A stretch of DNA of 63,053 bases, filler included, from Octopus bimaculoides (GCF_001194135.2; 5 parts of 5 records of this genome joined end to end with filler, not necessarily neighbours in it), one strand, 5' to 3'; positions 48,922-62,280 are shown, counted from the first letter of the whole stretch. Notes: generated by a model not told the origin, from the sequence alone. Numbers and translations: made by a program.

Positions 48922-50030
48922 AACATATGTACACAGATACACACACGAACACACACGGACGCACATGGACACATGCATATACACACAAACATAGACACAC
49001 AAACATTTATACGTATACGCAAACATGTACACATACAGAGGCAAGTACACACAATGCAAACATAAACACATATACACATACACCAGCACATCAACAGATA
49101 AACACATACACNNNNNNNNNNNNNNNNNNNNNNNNNNNNNNNNNNNNNNNNNNNNNNNNNNNNNNNNNNNNNNNNNNNNNNNNNNNNNNNNNNNNNNNNN
49201 NNNNNNNNNNNNNNNNNNNNNNNNNNNNNNNNNNNNNNNNNNNNNNNNNNNNNNNNNNNNNNNNNNNNNNNNNNNNNNNNNNNNNNNNNNNNNNNNNNNN
49301 NNNNNNNNNNNNNNNNNNNNNNNNNNNNNNNNNNNNNNNNNNNNNNNNNNNNNNNNNNNNNNNNNNNNNNNNNNNNNNNNNNNNNNNNNNNNNNNNNNNN
49401 NNNNNNNNNNNNNNNNNNNNNNNNNNNNNNNNNNNNNNNNNNNNNNNNNNNNNNNNNNNNNNNNNNNNNNNNNNNNNNNNNNNNNNNNNNNNNNNNNNNN
49501 NNNNNNNNNNNNNNNNNNNNNNNNNNNNNNNNNNNNNNNNNNNNNNNNNNNNNNNNNNNNNNNNNNNNNNNNNNNNATATACACAAACGCACACATAGGC
49601 ACATGTAAATACACATGCTCAAGCATAGTGTCACAAATACGTATACTTGCATAAACATACGCATACAGTCATTTGCATAAACATACGCATACGTAGACAC
49701 GAAAAATACTCCTCATACCCACACATATTTTTACACTCATACACATTGTCATACACATTCCCATTACACTCACACACATACACACTCTATTACATTCACA
49801 AGCAGTCATACACCTACACTAATGCACTCATACATACACACATCCACAACTGTTATACTCATACACATACAAGAACACACACACTTACATTCATACAGAA
49901 ACACTCACACACAGTTTTAAATTCATACACACATACTCATATATACTGTCATACATACACACATACACACTAACACTCTATAACACTCACACACACACAC
50001 ACTCACATACATGCAAATACATGTGTTTAC
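48850..50030. repeat. Degenerate (CA)n region around a gap
   Basis: Direct reading. Confidence 0.9.
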
Positions 50031-50551
50031 ACACCTCCCATTTCCCCATCCTTCCTCTACTTAACCATGTTTTATTATTACACATTAGAGAATAAGTACC
50101 GAAGGGTTCCTTCTCCCCTTCAACTCTCCCCACTCCCCTCTCTCTCTCTTTCTCCTTCTCTTTCTCTCATTTGATCGTTTTCTCCTTCTTTCTCATCCTT
50201 ATATATTCTCCGTTTTTCTTGTTTGTTTTCTAGTTTCACTTTCCTCCCTCAATCAACTTAAAGTCTCTCTCTCCCTCTCTGACCCTCTCACTTTCTCTCT
50301 CATGTTCATTTTTCTGTCTCAATCCATTTCTCATCTCTCACTCACAAGTTCAACTTCTCTCTTCTCTCTTACATGCACATTTCTCCTATCTCTCTCTCCC
50401 TCTTTTCATCTCTTCTTTCTCTTCTTTCTGTCTGTCTGTCTGTCTGTCTGTCTCGGTCTGTGTTCCTCCTCTTCTCTCTAACATTATTTTTCAAAGCAAT
50501 GAATTATTGTTCCACTGGAGTTTATTAATAATTATTTTGCTCACATGCTGC

Positions 50552-50584
<33 letters not shown>

Positions 50585-50780
50585 GAACAACAACAATAAT
50601 CATGCGGAAGATGATGATGGTGATCATGGTGATGATGACGATAATGAAAATGCAAATATAATATAAACACAATAATTGGAATTAAGTTTATTTGGTGAAC
50701 TGTTTACCAAAATAATAATTACGGTAATGAGGATGATGATGATGATGATGGTGATGATGTTGACGACGACAATGATGATG

Positions 50781-50831
<51 letters not shown>

Positions 50832-50905
50832 AGAAGAATTTTGATAACGAATTCGTTATCGCAATCGCTAAGTCATCAGACCTTTCAGGATGTACATATA
50901 TATAC

Positions 50906-50971
<66 letters not shown>

Positions 50972-51071
50972 NNNNNNNNNNNNNNNNNNNNNNNNNNNNN
51001 NNNNNNNNNNNNNNNTTAATTAATTAANNNNNNNNNNNNNNNNNNNNNNNNNNNNNNNNNNNNNNNNNNNN
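50972..51071. other. Artificial scaffold-join linker
   Basis: N44-TTAATTAATTAA-N44. Confidence 0.95.
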
Positions 51072-51127
51072 GGAATGCAAAAGAAGTGCTCAAATGTAAA
51101 TGAAGCCAATATTTCTTTATATATATA

Positions 51128-51170
<43 letters not shown>

Positions 51171-51793
51171 GTTACCTCTCACTCTCCAATCCTGTCCCCA
51201 TGGTCCTGTTCACTGTATCATTGCAAACCCTCAATACACCCAGGTTTTCACCACCCACTGCACCCCCACTCTACTTATACTTCCTTGGCAATGTCCTGAC
51301 ACTTATATTATTTACTTCCATACCTCAAGGGTAAGCCCTAACACTTGCCACCATCTGTCTCTCTCTTCTTTTACTTGACCATCCCATTTATATTCTGATC
51401 CCCCATTCCTTGTGAGAATGCTAAAGGAAAGCTTGATGATACTGAAATAAATGGCACATGCATGGTAGATTAGAAAACCCAAATGGTACAAATATCTACC
51501 AAACTAAAAATAGTGTCTACATAATTGGCATCATCATAAACCATCTGATAAGCATCCATACTGTTTAGTTTTACCAAAATTTTAGAGAAAATGCATGCAA
51601 ATCTTGAGGAAAAAATTCTGGGGTGAAAGCTTTAAATCCCACAGAAAAAATTTTTTGTTTGGTCTTTGCATAGTTGTGGGATTTCCCATATGTGGAACAC
51701 AAATTAACAAAAATTTCATGAAAAATTCCCCAGTTATGGTGGGTTATATGCCATGTGGGAAGCAGAATTCTGCTGTTCAAGCATTTGTGATCA

Positions 51794-52221
51794 GCATAAA
51801 AAGTCATAGTGACTATTTCAGGGGTTGATAAGAGTGTCATTCTCCTTGATTTTCTGGAATGTGGTTATACTGTGAACAGCCAGCAGTACATCAAGACATT
51901 CCAAAAAGCTTAGAGAAGCCACTGAGAGGAAGAAGAGACCAGGCAGGAATCCAAAAAGGACCTACATTTACTATGGCATTTCATGGCCATGCACATCTTT
52001 GGTAACTGGTAACAGCAAATCGAGCCGGTCAGTGGTTCCTCCTGCTTCCCCATGTTTGATCCATTGAAGGATAATCTTCAGGGACAAAGACATGATAATG
52101 CAGTTGAAGTCAAAGTGACCGTGAAGAATTTAGCACAACTGTGCAGATCTATGTTTCCTAAAGTTGTGTTCAATGATGGCACAATTGTGTCCCTCACAAA
52201 GGAAACTATATTAAATTGTAG
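51794..52221 (+). mobile_element. Mariner catalytic-domain remnant
   Basis: KVIVTISGVDKSVILLDFLECGYTVNSQQYIKT..HVFDPLKDNLQGQR..Q*WHNCVPHKGNYIKL*; heavily decayed. Confidence 0.7.
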
Positions 52222-52794
52222 CTTTGTTTAGCGGAAGAATTATTTTACAAATATATGCAATTTTTTATCGCCCTATGTGAGTTAATGGAAAAAGTTATGC
52301 CTACTTGCACATTATTTTGTTACAATTCATGTACTTTAATGCCAGTAAACCATTTTCGAAAATAATACAGAGAATGTTAAATAGAATGGGTGTAGAAAGA
52401 AGTCTATAAATAGCATACTCTATATATACACACAATGACATACACAAACATATACATATATGCACCCATCCACATTTATACACTTGTGTACATACATGCA
52501 CACACATACATGTGCTCAAACAGTGTTTATAAATAGTACAGTAAATGTGAAATGGATATAAATAATGCAGTATATTAGTAGAACACTGTAATAAATATGC
52601 TTGTAAAGTTCTCTTTGGTAAATAGGAAGCACACTGGCTGAGTGGATTAGGAGTCAGTTTCTCAGCTGGAAGGATGTAAACTTGTTTTCCCCTTGTCAAG
52701 GATGCTGTGATGGGTTGAACACTGGGAAATGGAAGAAGGTGTCTGAACATCAGTTAGAATCATCAAGGTCATCATCATCATCATTATCATCGTC

Positions 52795-52950
52795 GTCATC
52801 GTCGTTGTCGTCATCCAATGTCCATTTTCCCTGCTGGCATGGATTGGATTGTTTGACAGGAGCTGGCAAGGCTGGAGAGCTGCACCAAGGCCCCGGTTGT
52901 CTGTTTTGGTATGGATCCTATGGCTGGATGACCTTCCTAAAGCCAAGTAC
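52795..52950 (-). mobile_element. LINE family R 3' tail
   Basis: TTCCCTGCTGGCATGGATTGG..GAGCTGCACCA..GGATGACCTTCCTAA. Confidence 0.75.
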
Positions 52951-53058
52951 TTTAGAGAATGTCTAATCACTGAAACAAGTAAGAGAACATACACACACAT
53001 ACACACACACACACAAATACATACATATACATATATATGTACATACTATATTGTATAT

Positions 53059-53384
53059 GTGAAGGCACATGGCTTAGTGGTTAGGGCATTCGGCTCATGA
53101 TCGTAAGGTCATGAGTTCGATTCCCGGCGACGTGTTGTGTCCTTGAGCAAGACACTTTATTTCACATTGCTCCAGTCCACTCAGCTGGTGAAAATGAGTA
53201 GTACCAGTATTTCAAAGGGCCAGCCTTGTCACACTCTGTGTCATGCTGAATCTCCCTAAGAACTACGTTAAGGGTACACATGTCTGTGGAGTGCTCAGCC
53301 ACTTGCACATTAATTTCACGAGCAAGCTGTTCTGTTGATCGTATCAGCTGGGACCCTCTTCGTCGTAACCGATGGACTGCTCCT
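53059..53384 (+). mobile_element. tRNA-derived SINE family D (tail variant 2)
   Basis: Box A TGGCTTAGTGG (53070), box B GAGTTCGATTCCC (53113), central TGTGTCCTTGAGCAAGACACTTTATTTCACATTGCTCCAGTCCACTCAGCTG. A degenerate inverted tail fragment lies at ~8360-8500. Confidence 0.9.
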
Positions 53385-53619
53385 TATATATATATATATA
53401 TATATTATTAATTTACCTATGATTGTATGTATATTTTTATTAATATTTAGCAAAAGTAACAAAGTGATTTAAGGGCCGAAAGTTTCATGCATTGGCACTT
53501 ATCTAACTAGTTTGGTAAGTGCCAAGCATTCTTTGCTGGATGTGCAATGTCAATGTGCATGTTTGACAAAAGTGTAAGCATGTTGACAGAAAAGTTGGGC
53601 ATAAAAGGCATCATATGTG

Positions 53620-54392
53620 ATGTGTTAGATAGACGACTCTGCTGGTATGGTCATGTGATGTGTATGGACGAGGACAGCTGTGTAAAGAAGTGTTGATCTC
53701 TGACTGTGGAGGGCACCTATGGTAGAGGTAGACCCAGGAAGACATGGGACAAGGTGGTTAAGCATGATCTTTGAACTTTGAGCCTCAAAGAGGCAATTAC
53801 TGGTGACCGAGACCTTTGGCGATATGCTGTGCTTGAGAAAACCTGTCAAGCCAAGTGAAATCATAGTTACGACTGCTGCTGGTGTTGTCTAACTGGTACC
53901 AGTGTTGGTGGCACATAAAGAGCACCATTTGAGTGTTGGACCTCATGGAGGCAAGTTCCTTTCGAGTGTTGGGTCTCAAGGAGGCAAAGCGACTGAGTTC
54001 CTTTTGAGCGTTGGGCCTCACAGAAGTGAGTTCCCTTTCGGACGTTGGGCCTCACAAAGCAAAGCAGCTGAGCTCTGTTTGAGTGTTGGGCCTCTTGGAG
54101 GCAATGACTGAGACCTTTGGCTTTATGTTGTGCTTGAGAAGAAGACCCATCAAGCCAAGCAAAATCACAATCATTGCAGACACTGGTGTCACGCAAATGG
54201 CACTCGTGCCGGTGGCATGTAAAAGCACCCATTACACTCTTGGAGTGGTTTGTGTTAGGAAGGACATCCAGCCACAGAAAACCATGCCAAATCAGACTGG
54301 AGTCTGGTGCAGCCTTTCAGTTAGCCAGTCCTGGTCAAACCGCCCAAGTCATGCCGGCATGGACAACAGACCTTAAATGATGAAGATGATGG

Positions 54393-54393
<1 letters not shown>
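53620..54393 (+). mobile_element. 5'-truncated RTE-clade LINE (family R): ORF2 C-terminus, 3' UTR with tandem repeats, (ATG)n tail
   Basis: RRLCWYGHVMCMDEDSCVKKC*..GRGRPRKTWDKVVKHDL*TLSLKEA..DRDLWRYAVLEKTCQAK*. Confidence 0.88.
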
Positions 54394-54442
<49 letters not shown>

Positions 54443-54450
54443 CATATACA

Positions 54451-54594
54451 GTTTTCATCTACAAAATCCAGTCAGAAGGGTTTGGTCAGCCCTGAGGCTG
54501 TAGCAGAAGACATTTGCCATAGGTGCCTTGCAGTGGGACTGAAACCTGGAACCATGTGGTTAGGAAGCAAGCTTCTAACCACACAGCCATGCCT
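54451..54594 (-). mobile_element. SINE family A 5' half
   Basis: Reverse complement of the family A head. Confidence 0.85.
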
Positions 54595-55660
54595 GTTTAT
54601 TTTTAGATGATTAAATTTTTTTCTGTATGGTTTTAGCACAAAACCAGGATGGATTAGGTTTAATTTCGGTCACTTCACCGTCATTAGACTTTCTAAAATG
54701 TCTCTTATATTGTCAGACAATATTTGTTTATTTATTTCTACTTATTTTGTTTATTGTTTTTGGTGGAAGGATGGTGGGGAAAGTAGTAGTGTTGATGGCG
54801 ATGGTGGTGGTGATGTGGATGGAGTTAGTGCTGAACGTTTTGGTGGTAATGGTGACGGCGGTGTAGGCGATTGTAGTGGCGGTGGTGATAGTGGTGTTGG
54901 CGATGGTGGTGATGATGGTGGTGGTGGTGGTGAGAGTGCTGATGGTGGTGGTAAGGGTGGTGATGGTGTTGTTGGTAGTGGTGATGACGATGGTGGTAGC
55001 GATGGTGGTGGTGACGGCGGTAGTGTCGACAGCGATACTCTTGTAATGGCAGCGAAGCTGGTTGGTTGCTATCTGTTGCCCGAATAAATTGGTTAAATGG
55101 AATAAATAAAACAAATAAACAAACAAACAAAGAAAAGAAAAGAACAGCAAAAAACAAACAAACAAACGAACAAACAAACAAGCAAACAAAAGAATTGCAT
55201 AGGAAATAAGATGACGAAGAAATTCACGAAAGCTATCCTGATGCTGCATTTATGAAGAATCATTACTTAAAAATTTTCTCTACCCAAAAGAAAAAGCAAA
55301 AATCCTCGCAGGCAGGAAATCCTATTACATCTTAAATTTTTGTAAAAATTTTGGTTGTTTCCTTTTACTTTGGTTTTGGCACCATTTATCAAGACTTAGC
55401 AAATGTTAAATGTCAGTAAATATGTTAAGATTCTTCAGCAAAGAAAATGGGTCCAGTCAATCGTTTGCATTGTAGAAGGGGTTGTGTTCTGTGGTACTTG
55501 CGAAAGATGGAGTTTTGCTGTGGTATTTGTTGGGAAAGAATAAGAAAACCAAAAGAGACAAAAAGCGAAGGAAAAATGCATATCTAATCTCATTGAATTT
55601 GGTTAAAGTTCGGAAAGAAACCTGACTAATATTATTTCGTTCATTCAATACGAAACTCAC

Positions 55661-55709
55661 AAACAATTGTTAATCACAACTTCCATTCTTTCTGATTGAA
55701 TGTACGCGT
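55661..55709 (-). CDS. Candidate 49-nt exon (phase 1: DAYIQSERMEVVINNC)
   Basis: CCCATAG acceptor and GTGAGT donor, with an open frame. Weak pyrimidine tract. Confidence 0.15.
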
Positions 55710-55714
55710 CTATG

Positions 55715-56790
55715 GGTGTGTGAGTGTGAGTAAGTGTGTGTGTGAGTATGTGTGTGTGTGTGTGAGTATGTGTGTGTGTGTGAGTATGTGTGTGTGTGTG
55801 TATAAATATCTTTATATTTGTATATATGTATGTGTGTGTGTGTCTGTGTGTTTGTATGCATGTGTATAAATATATTTATATATGTATATATGCATGTGTA
55901 TGTGTGTATATACATATTTATATATGTATATATGTATGTGTGTGTGTGTGTGAGTGTGTGTGTGTATAAATATATTTATATATGTATATATGCATGTGTA
56001 TGTGTGTATAGATATATTTATACATGTATATATATTTGTATGTATGTATGTATGTGTGTGAGTGTGTGCATGTGTATAAATATATTTATATATGTATATA
56101 TGTGTGCGTGTGTGTATATGTGAGTGTGTGTATATAGATATATTTATATATGTATATATGTATGTATATGTGTGTGTGCATGTGTATAAATATATTTATA
56201 TATGTATATAGGCGCAGGAGTGTGTGGTAAGTAGCTTGCTTACCAACGACATGGTTCGCGGTTCAGTCCCACTGTGTGGCACCTTGGGCAAGTGTCTTCT
56301 ACTATAGCCTCAGGCTGACCAAAGCCTTGTGAGTGGATTTGGTAGTCGGAAACTGAAAGAAGCCCATCGTATATATATATATATATATATATGTTTGTGT
56401 GTCTGTGTTGTCACCCAGCATCGCTTGACAACCGATGCTGGTGTGTTTACATCCCCGTAACTTAGCAGTTCGGCAAAAGAGTCCGATAGAATAAGTACTA
56501 GGCTTACAAAGAATAAGTCCCCGGGGTCGATTTGCTCGACTACAGGCGGTGCTCCAGCATGGCCACAGTCAAATGACTGAAACAAGTAAAAGAGTATGTG
56601 TATGAGTGTGTGTGAGCATGTGTATAAATATATTTATTGTGTGTGTGTGTGTGTGAGAGTATAGATATATTCATAAATGTATATATGTATGTATGTCTGT
56701 GTGTGCATGTGTATAAATATATTTATGTATGTATGTGTGTGTGTATAGATATATTTATATATGTATGTGTGTGTGAAATGATACATGTGC
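55715..56790. repeat. TA/TG minisatellite (unit TGTGTATAAATATATTTATATATGTATATA) split by a SINE
   Basis: The unit is repeated many times on both sides of 56211-56596. Confidence 0.85.
56211..56596 (+). mobile_element. SINE family A, full length
   Basis: GGCGCAGGAG head, GGTTCAGTCCC box-B-like motif, internal (TA)n and AAGTAAAAGAGTA tail. Confidence 0.95.
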
Positions 56791-56829
56791 GCTTATGTGT
56801 ATCATTAACATTTGTGTCGTAGATGTCAA

Positions 56830-57019
56830 TGTCCACCATCATCATCATCCTCATAATCACCTCCACCACCACCATCATCATCAACACCGCCATCATCATC
56901 CTTATCATCAACGTCGTTGTGGTCATCATCATCACTGGTATCATTACCATCACCACTACCACAACCACCACCACCACCATCACCATCATCTTCATTATGA
57001 TCATCTTCATCATCACTGC

Positions 57020-57058
<39 letters not shown>

Positions 57059-57150
57059 CCTCATAATCACCACCACCACCACCACCATCATCATCACACT
57101 TGCCATCACTGTCACTACCACTACCGCCACCACTACAACCACCGCCATCG
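56830..57150. repeat. CAT/CAC trinucleotide region
   Basis: Direct reading. Confidence 0.9.
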
Positions 57151-57711
57151 TAATTTTTGTGCCTATTTTCCTATGGTGCTGTAGGTTTGGATGGGTTGCC
57201 ATTTTTAGCACATCCCTACATCATCTTGATTCTGTGAGTAATCTCACATGACAAGATTCCTCCCACCTTATACATCGTTTTTCAGATCTTCCTCTCTTAT
57301 AAATATCTTTCACACTCATTAATTGGTGCTTTCACACCCAATAATCTCATCCATTTTCGTTTCTCTCTTCTGAAATATGTCCGGAGTCATTACAGTGCTT
57401 GTAAAAGATCAGATTTAATTAATGTTACCCTTTCAGCAAATAACAATATTCTCTTCTCGTTACAAATTGCATGATTTTAATTTTAATTAATTTAATTTTC
57501 AGAATTCTCTCCCCTGACTCTCTTGGTTATATTTAAATACAAAACTTGTGTTTCCTTTCTAGGTCACATTGGGAATGTAGATGAGTCTAATGTCTTGATT
57601 TATTAAAAGTTTATTGCTTATTACATTAAATGTATGCACTCACACACATGTGCATGCACACACACACGCACTTCAATCTTTGGGTAAAGATGGATGTTTA
57701 GAATGTATGTA

Positions 57712-57900
57712 TTCGAGGGGATGCTGAAAAGTTCCTGGCTTTGGGTAAAAGAAAATACAGGAGGATCAGTTAATTATGATTTTATTCAACATATTCCCCT
57801 CTCAAATTCACACACTTATTGCACCAGCCCATCAGTTTTTCTAAGTCCTGTAAAAGAACTTGGAAGATTGGGCCTACAACCAAGCCTTTCGCTCTACCTG
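57712..57900 (-). mobile_element. Mariner right end (C-terminus + TIR)
   Basis: The minus strand encodes QDLEKLMGWCNKCVNLRGEYVE*. The plus strand begins with the TIR-like CGAGGGGATGCTGAAAAGTTCC. Confidence 0.75.
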
Positions 57901-58131
57901 TAAAGGCAGAAACTTTTCAGCATTTCCTTGTATGTGTGTCCTTATATATGTCTGTATTTGTGCATGTGTGTATGTGCGTGTGTGTATTCATATATATATA
58001 TAATGGAATAATTACTATGAAGCATTGTGTAGAATATATTGTATAAAGGATCATGGGTAAGACCAGAACAATGCGAAGTAAATGCAAGACAAATCACAAG
58101 AAAACAAATATATGAATTAATGTAGACTTAC

Positions 58132-58251
58132 CTTGCATTCAATATTTTGGGGTTATGACCCCATCCTCAAGAAATTAATGAATGTTGCAGATGTGCGTGT
58201 GTGTGAGTGTGTGTGGAGTGGATATGCGTGGAAAGATTCTCCGAGGCCATC
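58132..58251 (-). other. Candidate 5' exon ending ATG CAA G|GTAAGT
   Basis: Perfect consensus donor AAG|GTAAGT at 58132/58131 with ATG at 58138; the upstream part runs into a gap. Confidence 0.3.
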
Positions 58252-58805
58252 NNNNNNNNNNNNNNNNNNNNNNNNNNNNNNNNNNNNNNNNNNNNNNNNN
58301 NNNNNNNNNNNNNNNNNNNNNNNNNNNNNNNNNNNNNNNNNNNNNNNNNNNNNNNNNNNNNNNNNNNNNNNNNNNNNNNNNNNNNNNNNNNNNNNNNNNN
58401 NNNNNNNNNNNNNNNNNNNNNNNNNNNNNNNNNNNNNNNNNNNNNNNNNNNNNNNNNNNNNNNNNNNNNNNNNNNNNNNNNNNNNNNNNNNNNNNNNNNN
58501 NNNNNNNNNNNNNNNNNNNNNNNNNNNNNNNNNNNNNNNNNNNNNNNNNNNNNNNNNNNNNNNNNNNNNNNNNNNNNNNNNNNNNNNNNNNNNNNNNNNN
58601 NNNNNNNNNNNNNNNNNNNNNNNNNNNNNNNNNNNNNNNNNNNNNNNNNNNNNNNNNNNNNNNNNNNNNNNNNNNNNNNNNNNNNNNNNNNNNNNNNNNN
58701 NNNNNNNNNNNNNNNNNNNNNNNNNNNNNNNNNNNNNNNNNNNNNNNNNNNNNNNNNNNNNNNNNNNNNNNNNNNNNNNNNNNNNNNNNNNNNNNNNNNN
58801 NNNNN

Positions 58806-58872
<67 letters not shown>

Positions 58873-59101
58873 CGTGCAAGATATGTGTATATACAGGCAT
58901 AGAATCATGACATGTTGATTTAAACATTTCTTCATCATGAAGTCTCAGGATTTATGTAAGCAAGTGATAGTTGATGAGATGGAAAGAATGTAGTAGTTGA
59001 GCAAATCGGAAGGATCTAAGTTACCAAATCCCAACAGTGTCAGATTGAATTTTGCTGTTTAGAAAAACAATACAAAAAGAAGATATTGAGACTGTGCTTA
59101 C

Positions 59102-59141
59102 CTAATTCTAGATAAGATTGCTCCACTGAAGCCATAGACAT
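59102..59141 (-). CDS. Candidate first coding exon MSMASVEQSYLEL(G)
   Basis: ATG at 59141, 13 open codons, then an AG|GTAAGC donor (phase 1). Confidence 0.25.
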
Positions 59142-59164
59142 CACAATAGATTGACAACTAATTT

Positions 59165-59400
59165 TGTCATCATCTTGCCATGCTGGCATGGGCTGGACAG
59201 TTTGACAGGAGGTGATAAGGCTGGAGAGCTGCACCAGGCTCCAGCTGTTTGTTGTGGTATGGATTCGATGTCTGGATGCCCTTCCTAACGCTAACCACTT
59301 TACAAAGTGTACTGGGCGACTTTTATGTGGTACCAGAATGAGAGCTTTTAATGTAGCACTAGCAAGGGTGCTTTACATGTGGTGCCAGCCAATGTGCTTT
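59165..59400 (-). mobile_element. LINE family R 3' tail
   Basis: CCATGCTGGCATGGG..GAGCTGCACCAGGCTCCAG..GGATGCCCTTCCTAACGC. Confidence 0.8.
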
Positions 59401-60959
59401 TTTACATGGCAGTGCCATTGTCATTTGAAATCATTCTAAGACTTGCTATGGTTTTCATGATAAAATTAAGTACTACCATAGCAATGAGATTGATTTAATA
59501 TTCCTATAAATCATCATAGATTTGAATGGGAATATAATAGAAGCTTAAGCAGATTATATTCTATGTCCTACAAGCCTTATACAGATTAGTATTGGGCACT
59601 TAGCATCTCTGCTGCTCTGTTATGAAATACAAATCCTAGTTTCCAGAGTACTGCCAGCCAAAACTCTGGGAGTAGCAAAGGAAATATCTTTAGGCTAGTA
59701 CTCCGAATAAATGAACCAATTCCTTGTTCCCCACTAGTATAATCCTATAATACAACACCTTATTATGTAATGAGGAAGAAATAATTGCAGATGAAAATAT
59801 AAAAGTAAAAAAAAAAGGGGAAAAAAGTCATAGTAAAAAATGAATCAAAATAAAATAATGGAAAACAAGTGAGGTGGAAATCTTCTAAATGGCAATGAAA
59901 TCCCTCTCAAGGAAATAACGAAGGAAATGCAGACGATAAAGATGAATTAAGAGTCACAATTCTTTGAATATCAAATAAACTGCTGATAGACAAAATTACG
60001 CATCAGTGATTCTTGAAGTTGTAATGACGAAAACAGCAAAGTTCAGAATATAAACAAACCGCAAGAGATAGATTGCTAGAGCTTAAATAAAGAATAACAA
60101 CAAAATGATGCTGTTTTACGCACTGAATATCTCAAAACTGCTCACTGGTGCATTCGGATGCACTGAAAGACAATTTGAGAAATGGTTAAGTGAACTGGGT
60201 TATGTTGTATCCGACTCAATCTAACCAGAAAATCTTTCATGTCTTATTTCTTTAAATTATATTTTGTTTTAATGGTGTGTTATCATACGTTTTATATGCA
60301 CAACAACAATGCAACAACTACAGCAGTAGCAACAACATCTACAATAACAATAATAGCAGTAAAAGCAACAACAGCAACTGCAATAACAACAAGTATCAAT
60401 TGGAATTAATTCTGTTCTTGTTTGTCTAATCTTCAATGAAAGGGTGTATAGGTTCATTGGCTTGCTTATTTGAATGAGAAGGATGTTAATTGTCTGTTTA
60501 GTTTAGATGATGTTGAGATGTGTAGAACTGGTGTTTATTCTATTATAGATATTCAGTCGTCTCATTTATTGTAATTCAATTAACACATTGTTATAGAAAG
60601 TAATTAATGCCTAGAATATCGATGTGGCAAGATTAGGTGAATGGAATCAGAAGCAGCTGTGAGGAGATTGAGGCAAATTTTGCTTGGATCTTATACCACT
60701 GATCTTTATTATGTACATCACCTGGTCAGAGAGAGTAAGAGAGAGAGAGGGAGGGAGGGAGAGAGGGAGTGGGAGAGAGAGAAGGAGGGAGGGAGAGAGT
60801 GGGAGAGAGGGAGATAGATAGATAGATAGAGAGAGAGGAGGTACACCAAAGCTTATACTAATTTAATTTAATTGTTTGGAGAGAAATAGACCATATGAAT
60901 GAAATGTTGCTGGCTAATTAAGCATTTGTCACTTATATATGTGCTTGAACTGACGAAGG

Positions 60960-61215
60960 AGGAGAATTTATATGACCACTTGATCTGCTAGAAATAGTAG
61001 CCAAATCAACCTCAAATTACACCTTACTCTATGAGCGAAGGATGTGTTGGATAACATAGTCCTGGGTTCTTAGAATATATGAAGAAGATGGAATGGTCAT
61101 AGTTATGATCATAGGTCTGCTTGATCTAGAAGTAAACAACAGTTGCTAAATTACTCTGAGAGAGGCTGTGTGTATTGACTCTACCTGCTAGAAATACCAG
61201 CGAAATCTTTAAATC
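60960..61215 (+). repeat. Family C dispersed repeat copies
   Basis: CTGCTAGAAATAGTAGCC and CTGCTAGAAATACCAGC cores. Confidence 0.55.
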
Positions 61216-61221
61216 ACATCT

Positions 61222-61660
61222 TCATCATCATCATCATTTAATGTCCGCTTTCCATGCTAGCATGGGTCAGACGATTTGACTGGGGACTGGCAAAGCGGAT
61301 GGCTACACCAGACTCCAGTCTGATCTGGCAGAGTTTCTACAGGTGGATGCCCTTCTTAATGCCAACCACTCCGAGATTGTAGTGGGTGCTTTTTATGTGC
61401 CAGTCCGGCGGTACTGGCAACGGCCATGCTCAAAATGGTGTTTTTTATGTGCCACCTGCACAGGGGTCAGTCCAATGTTTTGTTCACATGCCACCGGCAC
61501 AAATGCCAGTAAGGTGAAACTGGAAACAATCGCGCTCAAATGGTGCTTTTTACGTGCCACCGGCATGGGAGCAAGACCGCTGCTCTGGCTGCGATCCCGC
61601 TCGGATGATGCTGTTAGCACTACACTGGCACGGATGCCAGTCATCAAATTTGGTTGACAT
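61222..61660 (-). mobile_element. LINE family R 3' UTR and tail
   Basis: (CAT)n TTAATGTCCGCTTTCCATGCTAGCATGGG..GGATGCCCTTCTTAATGCCAACC. Confidence 0.85.
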
Positions 61661-62280
61661 AAAAAAGGTTGATGCTTCCCATTGCCTTATTCTTTATAAG
61701 TGTGATAGACATATCATCAAAATGCTAGACTAATGGGTTTTGAAAATCTGCTTCTGTCTGTCTATATTCAAACTTGAGAAAATGAATATCTAAACTATTG
61801 TAAAGCAGTCTTTTGCCACTGTTGTATCTGTCTTTTGATGATGGTAGTCGCTCTCACAGATATTGCTATATTCTGAAGCTGTCAATAGAATGGTTCTATC
61901 TGGTACTGTGCGATGCCCAGTCACACAGTGTTATTATCCTCAAAAGGTTGGAGTGTTATAACATTCACTCAGTATCACAGAACAGTTACTATATCAGCAC
62001 AGACACAACTACCAACAGTCTACATGTACTCTCAACCTTCTGACCTTCTTCCTGTTGACCCAGCTACTGGTTTATTTATAATGGCTGGCTACTACCACTT
62101 TTTACTGGAAGAGGTGTACAGTTTCACTATACAACAATAACAAACGTAATAACGCTTAAATGTGTTTCTTTTTTAATATGAAGAAGAAAAGAGTACATTG
62201 AAAAATGAATGAAATGCAAGGTCAGAAATAAGCATCTTAGGTACCAGGAGAGAGATCTGAGCTGTTGCATCCATAAATAC

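Noticed and set aside
53059-53130. tRNA gene
   Set aside because: Boxes A and B are present, but there is no acceptor-stem closure and the sequence continues into a SINE body. The same applies at 26787.
53931-54105. CRISPR-like array of five GAGTGTTGGGCCTCA units
   Set aside because: The spacers are related to each other, the repeats are degenerate, and the array lies inside a eukaryotic LINE 3' UTR with no cas genes.
59646-59706. Imperfect hairpin GAGTACT..AGCC/GGCT..AGTACTC as a pre-miRNA
   Set aside because: Too few paired bases and a large loop; no known mature miRNA was recognised by eye here or elsewhere in the window.
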